From: Andalucia godoyi And28
Lineage: Eukaryota > Protista > Jakobida
DNA length: 64,000 nt
Reading direction: 5' to 3'
Assembly (NCBI GenBank): GCA_009859145.1
Contig: VRVR01000031.1
Coordinates: forward strand, 186,001 to 250,000
The notes under the pieces were generated by a model. The model was not told the DNA's origin. It saw nothing but the letters and a program-made list of their open reading frames with translations, and searched no databases. The translations under genes and the position numbers were made by a program. This document shows, piece by piece, positions 49,672-59,249 of the stretch; position 1 is the first letter of the stretch; each line of letters begins with the position of its first letter.

Positions 49672-50904
49672 ATGCTGCCTCGGTCGTTTGCGGGGTCGAG
49701 TGATCTTCGGTTCAAGCTTTCTCGAAAAATATTCGAATCTGCCTCTGCATCTGCGTCGTCTCTGCTTGATCGGGACTCGTCGTCATCGTCGTCATCGTCG
49801 CCTCCGCCTCTGCTACCGGGTTCGCCTGTGCGTTATGCAATCGAAAAGAATGCACATGATGAGGACTCGGAGCGTAATCAGAGTCGCCACAGGACACCAA
49901 AGCCTTCTGCGTCAGTAAGCGCGCAAAAGCCGGTTGTCCATTCGCGCAAACGCCAGCGAGGCAACGCATATTCTGAGGCGCAGCAACTCAACAATAATCG
50001 TGATGGTGATGATGATGATGATGGTGATCACGATGATGATGGTGCTGATGAGGATGGAGATGGTAATAATGATGATGATAACAATGACGACGATGACGAC
50101 GACGACGATGATGATGGAGAAGAAAAAGAAGATAGGGCTGATCGTGGGAAAAAGATTCTGAATAATAACAAACGACGAGTCGGTCAGAGTCCTCCAGGGA
50201 AGAAAAAGGCCGCAGGATCTGCTCCAGCTGCGAAGATTGTGCCCGTTGTTTCCCGGCGTCGCAATGGGCATGCCGGGGAAGGCAGTGCCAATGCCAATGC
50301 CAATGGTAATGGTAATGATGGCGATGACGATGATGACAACGACGAAGAAGATGATGACGACGATGATGACGAAATGGATGATGTGGATGCTGAAGAGCAG
50401 GAGGAAAATTTCAGAACGGGAGAGCTTGTCTTGAAGAAGAAGAATCGAAAGTACATACCGACGCAGGATGAGCTGATTACGAATGAAGCTCTGGTTACGA
50501 ATGTTCGTGGATACCGTGCGAAGATGGCTGCGGCGGAAGGTGGCGTGGATGAAGACGAAGAGGCTGCACGGAGACTGGAAGCCAAGCGCAAGCGAAGGAT
50601 GATGGAGGAAAAAAGAATGGAGCTGCAACGCACGCAGACCATCGAACGTCTTCTGCAGAGATCGCAGAAGAGTACTCAAAAGGGAAGAAAAAAGGAGACG
50701 GATATCACCGAGAGTATGACGGCGGCGGCAAAGTCTGCAGAAATTATCGAGCAAGAGCAGCAGCTCAAGGACCGCAAGAGCGCCATTGTCGCACAGGGAG
50801 AGCTGAAGCCTGGATACTTTCGATACATCGACAGTCGGGATAAAACAGTCTTGGTGCTTCCCATTCCCGATGCACCACCATCTGTGGACTACGCCGAGTC
50901 GTGA
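49672..50904 (+). CDS. INO80 complex subunit B/Ies2-like (PAPA-1 domain)
   Basis: EEAARRLEAKRKRRMMEEKRMELQRTQTIERLLQ...FRYIDSRDKTVLVLP; acidic N-terminal half. Confidence 0.65.
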   Translation: MLPRSFAGSSDLRFKLSRKIFESASASASSLLDRDSSSSSSSSPPPLLPGSPVRYAIEKNAHDEDSERNQSRHRTPKPSASVSAQKPVVHSRKRQRGNAYSEAQQLNNNRDGDDDDDGDHDDDGADEDGDGNNDDDNNDDDDDDDDDDGEEKEDRADRGKKILNNNKRRVGQSPPGKKKAAGSAPAAKIVPVVSRRRNGHAGEGSANANANGNGNDGDDDDDNDEEDDDDDDDEMDDVDAEEQEENFRTGELVLKKKNRKYIPTQDELITNEALVTNVRGYRAKMAAAEGGVDEDEEAARRLEAKRKRRMMEEKRMELQRTQTIERLLQRSQKSTQKGRKKETDITESMTAAAKSAEIIEQEQQLKDRKSAIVAQGELKPGYFRYIDSRDKTVLVLPIPDAPPSVDYAES

Positions 50905-51027
50905 GAATGTCGGTATGACCGTGACTGTGAAAAATCATCATGCATGTAAAAAGTATACGATTATTTACAATGGCACATGGAAGGATAATACACGCAAAAA
51001 TGCAGGAGCAACGACCATGACGTTGCG

Positions 51028-51924
51028 CTACACAGCCGTCAGCAGGACCAAGAGTTCGTGCGCTCTCGAGCGTACAAGCTTGTTTTTTGGAGCTGCAGAC
51101 TCTGCGTTGAGACCCTGCATGGGAGTGCGGACAAGGTCTTCGTCGAGTTCTCTGTGCTGACTGCACAGCTCGTGCAACGCAGACTCGAGAATCCGCCTTT
51201 GCTGCAGCGAAATACTCATTTGCAAGTCAAACGAACGCTCCATAAAGTCCAGCCCGAGCACAACAAACTCGCGCATTCGCAAAAACGAAATGCACTTGTT
51301 CACCAACAGCATGCACCACGGTTCCTGGATCGTATCAAGCACAGAAGGGCCCGTTTGACGCATCAGCCGTGCAACCATGACATCATCTCCGTTTTCCAGC
51401 GCAATCGAGTACGCATCCTCAATGCTGCCTTCGTCCAGCGCAGACAGGACTTTTCGCCAAACAGATTTCGGATCCATGAATCCAATCTCGTGGATGGCCT
51501 CTTCTCCGCCCCACAGATCACGAGCCGAGTTGGCGAAAGACGGACCCTCTTGTGCGTCCATGCCGTCCAGGTCGAGCGCTGGGACACTCGAGTTGCGCGT
51601 CCCACCGCCGTTGGATGTCTGCTCGTCGGGCATTAAGCTCCGAATCCGAGACGAGGATGCTTTTGCAGCATCCTGAACCCGATCCAGATGCGTGGACACC
51701 CGCGTCAGATGCATGTCCACGGCTTCAATGGAGTCGCGCGTGGACTGGAAAAACGGACCAAGGAGCTCAAACATGCGACGATTCGAGTCCAAGAGGTATG
51801 AGAGATTCTGCTGGATCGATCGAGAGCCGTACTCCTCGGAACTCTTGTGCGCCAGTCGTCCATTCTCCGATTCAAATCTCTCGGAAAACACTTCGGGAGT
51901 CAACGGAAACGAGCAGATACTCAT
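51028..51924 (-). CDS. Protein with TORTIFOLIA1/SPIRAL2-like C-terminal domain
   Basis: WRKVLSALDEGSIEDAYSIALENGDDVMVARLMRQTGPSVL preceded by a coiled coil; upstream exons possible. Confidence 0.6.
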   Translation of the reverse strand: MSICSFPLTPEVFSERFESENGRLAHKSSEEYGSRSIQQNLSYLLDSNRRMFELLGPFFQSTRDSIEAVDMHLTRVSTHLDRVQDAAKASSSRIRSLMPDEQTSNGGGTRNSSVPALDLDGMDAQEGPSFANSARDLWGGEEAIHEIGFMDPKSVWRKVLSALDEGSIEDAYSIALENGDDVMVARLMRQTGPSVLDTIQEPWCMLLVNKCISFLRMREFVVLGLDFMERSFDLQMSISLQQRRILESALHELCSQHRELDEDLVRTPMQGLNAESAAPKNKLVRSRAHELLVLLTAV

Positions 51925-52543
51925 CTTGGTTACCGCATACAACGTCTTTGAGAATTTGTTAAAACCCGACACAAAACCAAACAAACAGTTCAAACGGCGC
52001 TGAACATCGAAAACAACATCAAATCGGAAGTTTACGTTTGTCTAACCCGATATGGGGGACGCGATGTGTTCCTACCGTAGTCAAGCTCAGAATTCCTCTT
52101 ATTCATTCTACTATTCCTTCTGTTTGTTTGTGTTTTACTATCGAACCGTCAAGCGGACAAAACATCGCATGGCTCCAAAGAAGGATCTTTCCCAACAAAC
52201 GCAAACTCGGTAATGTCCGAGGATAGCGAGAACAAAGAAATTCGTTGACCCCCCTCTCATCGGAGGCGGAGAGCAGCAAGAAGAAGCGACGACCCTTTTG
52301 ATGCAGATCATTCTGCACTGAAGAGTTGGTGCTCGCCCCAAATGGGATCTGTCGGCGGTGACAGCTTAGCCGATGATCAATGATGATTCATGTTTTTGGC
52401 GAGCAGATGCATCCTCTTGTGAGCTGGTTTTCTTCTTCTTACAGCTGGCATCAGCGACAATCCTGCAAGCTTGGAAGCCCAGTCTAGTCCATGCCCATTC
52501 TACGAGGTCTTCATAGCGTGGGCTTTTACAACGTATCAGTTCG

Positions 52544-54056
52544 CTACAATCGTATAAAGATCTTTGCTTTGTACAAGACGCCAGCAACGGTTGTCCACAG
52601 CAAGACGTGGACAAACGACCAAAGGAAGTTCGCGAGCTGGTCTGATGCGACCCAGGTTTTGAACATGTTTTCGTACAGATAAAGCCACAGTGTTTGGCCG
52701 TCGGAAACAGTGATGTTGTCCATGAAGAGAACGCCCAGGAAGACCATACCGACGAAAACGACGAGCGGATTTGTGCCGAGCCATCGCAGAGGCTGCACAA
52801 GCCGCAGAACAAGTCTCGAGGGGAAAATGTCACAAAGCGCCGTGCAAAAGCACAACACAGCGCCGCTGAATCCGCTTGTAATCAGCGTGAACGAAACGCT
52901 CCATAGCTTCTTGTTGAACGGTGTTGCGTACTGCAGCCAGTATGCACAGGAAATCAGCACAAAGGCAAACGTCATCCACATTGCGCAAAGCCGTTCCATT
53001 GTGATCTTTGACTTGTACCTTTGCCAGATGAGGCCAAATTCATATCCAAAGAGCCCAGTGACACAGGAGGTGAGCGTGGACCAGAGGCCTTCCGGATCCG
53101 TCGGATGAATCCTATTGCGACACTCAAAGCAAAACCGGAGAGGCGGTTGAAAAAGAAAGACACAAAGTAAGCCAAGGAGAAGATCGACAAAGCAGGAGGG
53201 AGAGGCGAGACGTCAAAATAAAAGAAATATATAATGAAAAAAAAAAAGACACATACATGTACTTTCCGTACACTTCCCGATCGATGTACCCACTTGGATT
53301 GCACGTCGGCGAAAGGTCTCCTCGATCTGTTCACGAGTGCAGGTCAAGCGGAAACCCAAACAACAAGTCCAAAAAAAGAAGAGAAGAGACGAGGGATTAG
53401 CAATGTAGCAGCGACGGGGGGATGATGAGACGGGATGGCTCGAAAGCCGTACAAAGATCACGATACATACCGCAGTCCGAGTAGTCAGGCACCTTGATCG
53501 AGTACATGACAATGGCATACAACGCAAGGAACAAGAACATGACGAGCCTTCTTCCAGCGTCGTTCAGGAAAACAGCGCCAAGACTAATGACACCATAGAC
53601 GATCCCAAGCCTTTGCAAGACGCCCATCACACGAAACGGGGTCTTGAATTTCCGAGCCTGCACATTGAGCCACAGCCCAATCAAAAACAAGAGCGCGGCT
53701 CGTCTCAGAATGTTAAACAGCAGCGCCCAAGTCTTGCTTTTCTTTGACAGCGAAAATGCAGCCGACATTCCCATAATGAACAAAAACGACGGGAAAATGC
53801 AGTCTGCAAGCTGGATTCCTTCCCACTCCGTTTCATCAAACGGAGGGAAAATCGGCTTGGAAAAGTCTCCCTGATTGTCAACAATAATCATACCAACCAT
53901 GGTCGCACCGCGGAAAACATCCAGCGCCAGCAGCCGCGCTCCCAGCGTCGCATTTCCTTTTGTTGGTTCTCCTGAATTAATGCTCTGCACACTCGACGCA
54001 GGGCCGCCAGCAAGAGGAAGCAGCGGCCGCGATTCATTCAGATTCAACACCGGCAT
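52544..54056 (-). CDS. HGSNAT: Heparan-alpha-glucosaminide N-acetyltransferase (HGSNAT)-like, 3 exons (54056-53471, 53326-53257, 53111-52544)
   Basis: RLLALDVFRG, ADCIFPSFLFIMG, GVLQRLG. Splicing gives DCDRGDLSPTCNPSGYIDREVYGKYMIHPTDPEG...NKKLWSVSF. Both introns GTATGT..AG (144 and 145 nt) with consistent phases. Confidence 0.88.
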
Positions 54057-54329
54057 ATCCTCAACAGCAAAAAACCCCCAAAAATCCAACAGCCAAAAAA
54101 AAAAGAAGAAGAAAGGACGGGAGAGAAGAAATACATATATATATATATATATATATATAACGGAAAGAAGGAATGAAGGAAAAGGAATGCAACGTTGTAT
54201 ATTGATTTACCAGACGTGATGCTCCGCAGCGGAAATTATCGGGCTTTTCGTTTGCGCATGCTTTTCCCGATGGAGAGGTTTTTGCATGATGTGCCATGCA
54301 CGCTAAGCCAAGCAGGCCGGCCCGCCCGC

Positions 54330-54343
54330 TTTTCGCGCCAAAA
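54330..54343. promoter_or_regulatory. DHFR-type overlapping E2F site
   Basis: TTTTCGCGCCAAAA matches TTTSSCGC on both strands; in the divergent spacer about 185 bp before the SNF2-RING ATG. Confidence 0.55.
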
Positions 54344-54525
54344 ATATAAACAGACAATGACAACCCAAAACCCAAAAACCCATTTTCTTCTGTCAAACAG
54401 AGTCATTGTTTTCCAGTTGTGAATCGTTGTTTCTTTTCCTTTATTATTTTCCATGGTGAGGGTTTTCTTCTTCTTGGTCGTCTTTTGATTCCTATTTTTT
54501 TCCTCTCCTTCTTCAGCTCCGTCCA

Positions 54526-56976
54526 ATGTGCTCTGTTCAGCAGACGCAGTATGTCGGAGTGCACTGCTCCAAGAATATTGATCCCGATGCGTTCGACACT
54601 CTTGAGAGTTCGTACATACGACTCTCGTATTATGCTCCGATATCGTTCTACTCCTCGAAACGAGTTCGACATCATCTGTCAGGACCCTATGCGGGATACG
54701 AGCTTTCATCCTATGACCTGTCTTTGGAAAATCAGAGAATTCTGCTCGAGTACATGACTGCGTTTCTCAGAGAAGTCAAGCGGATGGAAGGCTTCTTTTA
54801 TCCGCTCCTGGATTTTTCAAAGTTTGACCAGAATGGAGTGTATCCCCCGTCTCGAGGAACGACTCTGTACTATTTCGACAACATTCCTTCGTATCTCAAA
54901 GCGCCAGATGTGATTCATATTTCCTTTGTGACGAGCAAGATCCACATCTCCTTTGTTCCTTTGCATGGCTTCTCACTGGCGAAGTTCCAGACGATTCCGC
55001 TGAAAGTTTGGCTGAATCCATTCCCGCTGCCAAGCAGTTCCGACTGCCATTCCACTACCGATACGTTGCTTCCGTACCAGTCTGCGATCGTGAATCGCAT
55101 TTTGAAACAGGAACGCGAAATGAAGCAGTACGAAGTGTGTATTTTGGACGGAGTCGCACGACTTCCGTTCACCCTGCACTCATTTTCCATTCATTCTACA
55201 GTCTTGTGTTGCCCGCCAGGGACTGGAAAGACCCGTATTGCATGCTCGATCATTGGTACAACCACCCAGCCATGCTTGATTGTGTGTCCGCCGCAGGTGA
55301 TTTTGCAGTGGAAGAACGAGCTGAATCGTATGAACATCCAGCTCCTTGAGGACGGAGGATACGTCAAATTAGTGGACTTTGCGCATGCGGCGGACTCCGT
55401 GGATCTTCTCACGCTTCCCGACAAAGTCAAATTTGTTGTCATCGACGAGTTTCAAGAGTTGTTTCGCTCCTCGACATTGACAAAGTCGGTCGGGCTTGAG
55501 ACGTTCCGAGAGGAGCACAAAGCTTTCTTGATTTTGATCAGCGCGACGCCACCTGCTCCCCAATCCCTTCCCGATTGTTGTCTCACCATTCCGGCGTTCC
55601 GCACCGATGTTTCCTCTTTTCGAGATGCGGTTCTGAAGCAGATTTCGTATGCAGTCTCTCCGGACGAAGTCAAGAAAGAAGCAGTCGCGGTGGGATTGCA
55701 GTTTCCAGAAATTGTGTGCTGCACACATTTTGTAGAGCTGAACAAAATGCAGCGGCTTTCCTACGATCTTCTCAACATCATGTTTGAGGTTTTTGTGTAC
55801 CGCGTGCGCCATACAACCCATCGCCTGCAGCAAGGGTACGGAAACCGTCGCTGGGTGAATGAATGCCTAGAGGCGCTGAAGAAGGGCTTCAAACGGATCG
55901 ATTTCGTGACCGTTCCGGACGCCATGCAGGGTTTCGATACTAGCATTCACAATGGCAAGCTGTGGAAATTTTTCAATTTTGATACGATTCGAACAGATCA
56001 GCTGCTGTGGTCGTTTTCAGATCCGACCGCCTTTTTCCGATCCAAGTTGCGCATCTGCAATCTTGCCAACGAAACGGATTTCAAGCGGAATTATTCAATT
56101 CAGAGCATTGCAAAAAAATTGAATGTGCCGGTGGAAGATCTGCTGACCAGTTTGAATATCAAACCTTGTGAAATGATGGGCAAGTTCATGCAGCAGACCA
56201 TGCTGCGTTTCATGTCCATGTACTCGCAAAATTCAAGGGAGGAGAGCCAGAACCGCAGAAAATCCCAGCATTCAGGCGAAGCGGACGACGGAAGCTGCCC
56301 CATTTGCTTGGACGAGTTCGACCCCTCCAAGAGCTATATCATTCTCCATCCCTGCGGCCACTTCTTATGCCGCAGCTGTTCGATGTACTACACGTCCGAG
56401 GATTGCCCAATGTGTCGGACGTTTATCGAGGACCGGAAAATGATGACTAAGGACACGCGGCCGGTCGTTAGCGCACACATGAAGCCAGTTGCTGACGCCC
56501 CCACTGTGGCAGATGCGGAAGGGTTTGGGAAAGTGCGTGCGCTCGTCGATTTATTGCAGACCTTCACGGAAGGGAAGAAGTCCTCTGTCGTCCATTGCGA
56601 GACGTGCCAGGCAGTGGATTTTGTGCGAGTTGTATGTGAGCAGAACCACATACCGCACATGATTTATCGTCCGGGGGACAATCCAGACGTTCTTGAACGG
56701 TTCAAAACGGCAGTTGAGAAGTCGCCGCACCATCTTCTATGTACCAGTGTGTCTGGCATCGACTTTCCCACCGTGAAGGCTGCCGTAATGTTTGCGACGC
56801 TTGAAAAATGGATCACAAAGCCGGTTGAGGCGATGGAAGATGAGATCCAGTTCATGTGTCGAGTTCGCCGGCTGGGAAGCCAAGAGAAGGTCGAATTTCA
56901 TCGGTTTGTGACACGAGGCACGGTGGAGGAAATTCTTTTCTGGCGTGTCTGGCATCGATACTCGGCCTTGATGTAG
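54526..56976 (+). CDS. Divergent SNF2-like helicase with inserted C3HC4 RING (Rad5/Rad16-type architecture)
   Basis: LLPYQ (Q motif), CCPPGTGKT, LIVCPPQVILQWKNEL, VVIDEFQ, ISATP, RING CPIC..CGH..C..C..CPMC, HRFVTRGTVEE. Confidence 0.8.
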   Translation: MCSVQQTQYVGVHCSKNIDPDAFDTLESSYIRLSYYAPISFYSSKRVRHHLSGPYAGYELSSYDLSLENQRILLEYMTAFLREVKRMEGFFYPLLDFSKFDQNGVYPPSRGTTLYYFDNIPSYLKAPDVIHISFVTSKIHISFVPLHGFSLAKFQTIPLKVWLNPFPLPSSSDCHSTTDTLLPYQSAIVNRILKQEREMKQYEVCILDGVARLPFTLHSFSIHSTVLCCPPGTGKTRIACSIIGTTTQPCLIVCPPQVILQWKNELNRMNIQLLEDGGYVKLVDFAHAADSVDLLTLPDKVKFVVIDEFQELFRSSTLTKSVGLETFREEHKAFLILISATPPAPQSLPDCCLTIPAFRTDVSSFRDAVLKQISYAVSPDEVKKEAVAVGLQFPEIVCCTHFVELNKMQRLSYDLLNIMFEVFVYRVRHTTHRLQQGYGNRRWVNECLEALKKGFKRIDFVTVPDAMQGFDTSIHNGKLWKFFNFDTIRTDQLLWSFSDPTAFFRSKLRICNLANETDFKRNYSIQSIAKKLNVPVEDLLTSLNIKPCEMMGKFMQQTMLRFMSMYSQNSREESQNRRKSQHSGEADDGSCPICLDEFDPSKSYIILHPCGHFLCRSCSMYYTSEDCPMCRTFIEDRKMMTKDTRPVVSAHMKPVADAPTVADAEGFGKVRALVDLLQTFTEGKKSSVVHCETCQAVDFVRVVCEQNHIPHMIYRPGDNPDVLERFKTAVEKSPHHLLCTSVSGIDFPTVKAAVMFATLEKWITKPVEAMEDEIQFMCRVRRLGSQEKVEFHRFVTRGTVEEILFWRVWHRYSALM

Positions 56977-57533
56977 CGATAACAGCAGACAACCGCCAAC
57001 CGATTCGCTGCCGTAAAAAAAAAAAACAATATAAAACATGACAAAAAGGAAACACAAAGAGAAGGAAAATCCCGGATCGGGAATTTTTTCCTTCAGCTGT
57101 TGTAATGCGTCCGACCAGCTCCTAGCCTCGTACACCAACTCCGAAAAAGGAAGCAGTTGACGCCGGGAATGTGAAACAGCAGTGCAACCTCAGCAGCAAC
57201 TCCTTTCTTGATGATTCCCCTTTGGCTTTTCTCGTCGTTTTTTCCCTTTCTCCCCTCTTTTCCGATTCTTTTCCTCTGCTTCCTTTCGCGTTTTTTTCGC
57301 GTTTGCAACTTCCCCCCATTCCCGCTTTCTCGTATTTGCCATCTCGCTGTTTTACCAGGTCCAAAACATTACCGTCTTCTTTCTGCGTTTTTCTTCAAGC
57401 GCGTCGCTAATCGAGTTCTTGTGTGAAGCGTCGACTCTGGGGTTTCCCACGCTCGCGATCTCTGTGCACTTCTAGAGTCTTTTTTTATATAGTTATTTTA
57501 TATTGTGATTTTAGTGTTTTTGAAGTATCTCAG

Positions 57534-58766
57534 ATGGAAGTTCAGCATCAGCAGGTGGTGGGAACGGTTGTCGCAGATGCACGCAGCAATTCAAACTGGA
57601 ACAGCAGCAACGGTCTCGGGACGTTCCCGAATCGTGTGTCGGAGATCATTCCGGGAAAGATTCTTATGGGTCCATTTCCGTGGGATATCGAGAATTTTGC
57701 GTATCTTAAACAGCAGTTTGGTGTCACGCGCATTGTGAATTGCACGCTGGAGGACTATGCAGCGTGTCTTGATCCCCCAACGGTCTCGTTTGTGGACAAG
57801 ACGTTTGCAGTGCATCACATTCCAATGGACGATGCTCCAATGCAGACATTCACGCAGTATCTGGATGATCTTTTTGCGTTTTTGGAGATCTATTCTGATG
57901 AATCCGAAGCAGATATCGTCCAGTACTATAATGATGAGAACCCTATCAACAATATCCACAGCCATAGCCACAGCCACAGTCGTGGGATCTCCTGCCCAAA
58001 TCCAATCAAGAGCCATATGAGCTGTAACGGCTTCAACAAGAGCAAGAATAATAGCAATAGGGCTCATAACACCAACAACAGTAATAACAACAACAACAAC
58101 AACAGCAGCAGCAACAGCAACAGCAGCGGCGGCGGCAATGGCAGTGACCGTGAGGGCATGGACAAGAGCGAGGCGATGACTGCTCTTGAAGACCAAATAA
58201 CACGGATCCACGTCGCGGATGAAAATTCGATCGATCCGTCGCTGTTGTGTCCCCACCAGGTGATCTACATCCACTGTCTCATGGGGGTCAGCAGGTCAGC
58301 GGCGGTTCTGTTGTCGATACTAATGCGTGCATTTGGGCTTCCTCTCCGAAATTCTCTTGAGCTTGTCAAAAAGCGAAGGTCCGTTGCGGCGCCGAACCAC
58401 GGATTCTTCTCACAGTTGCTGCGGCTTGAAGAACAGTGGATCCCAGATGCCTATCCAAGCATGACATACGAGGATTATGCAGGAAACACGTGGTCGGCAC
58501 AGACCGCCGTGCTTAACGCAAAGATTGTTGAAGACTACATTGACGACGACGAAGTCGACGGCGATGATGACGGTGATGATGACGATCGCGAACATGCAGG
58601 CAAGGGCGGGATTGGCGGTGCGTTTGGACATTATTCCAAAAAGTACTGGGGCAGTCCTTTTGGGCCCTTTCCAAACGACAATGACAAGGATGAGCTGGAA
58701 GAGGACATGGACGACGGCGAAGAAACACGTGTCCAAGATGACGAGGATGCCGACGATGATGCATGA
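57534..58766 (+). CDS. Dual-specificity protein phosphatase
   Basis: SEIIPGKILMG, IPMDDAP, IHCLMGVSRSAAV, PNHGFFSQL; ATG at 57534. Confidence 0.92.
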   Translation: MEVQHQQVVGTVVADARSNSNWNSSNGLGTFPNRVSEIIPGKILMGPFPWDIENFAYLKQQFGVTRIVNCTLEDYAACLDPPTVSFVDKTFAVHHIPMDDAPMQTFTQYLDDLFAFLEIYSDESEADIVQYYNDENPINNIHSHSHSHSRGISCPNPIKSHMSCNGFNKSKNNSNRAHNTNNSNNNNNNNSSSNSNSSGGGNGSDREGMDKSEAMTALEDQITRIHVADENSIDPSLLCPHQVIYIHCLMGVSRSAAVLLSILMRAFGLPLRNSLELVKKRRSVAAPNHGFFSQLLRLEEQWIPDAYPSMTYEDYAGNTWSAQTAVLNAKIVEDYIDDDEVDGDDDGDDDDREHAGKGGIGGAFGHYSKKYWGSPFGPFPNDNDKDELEEDMDDGEETRVQDDEDADDDA

Positions 58767-59197
58767 ATAGGCAAAGAAAGAATGGAATGATGTGCGAGAT
58801 GACTTTCATGGGATAGAGACGAGATGTGTGTGTACAGAATACAGCAGTAATTTCAGTGATGATATTTAAAAAAAACAATGACGACTTCAGGCTCCCCAGC
58901 GTCTTCTCGATAGCAATATTGAATCGTCCATCAATACTTGGACGACGGATTTTTTTTTTTCAAAAGACAGAAAAACGAACGTAAGAATTCGCGAGCTGAG
59001 CCTGCCAGTTCCTCTCGATCGGGCATGTTTTTGATTGACAAACAGCTCCTCTTGCATTTCTGCGGGCGATTTTGACGATTGGCATCCAAATTCCTATCGT
59101 TTTCGTTCCTCTTTCTCCTTCTGAATGTAACTGTTATTTTAATGCTCAAAATAAATAAATAAGTAAATTCTCTTTGTTGTTTGATACTCTCAGACAT

Positions 59198-59217
59198 AAA
59201 TAGATAAATAGATAGAT

Positions 59218-59248
<31 letters not shown>

Positions 59249-59249
59249 G
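59198..59249. repeat. (TAGA)n/(GAAA)n microsatellite
   Basis: Immediately before ATG 59250. Confidence 0.85.

Noticed and set aside
50905-50950. Cys-containing codons after the Ies2-like TGA (readthrough or Sec giving a zf-HIT)
   Set aside because: Another stop follows after 14 codons and no zf-HIT pattern forms
52038-52500. Short ORFs as upstream exons of the TORTIFOLIA1-like gene
   Set aside because: No convincing donor/acceptor pair or HEAT-like sequence found
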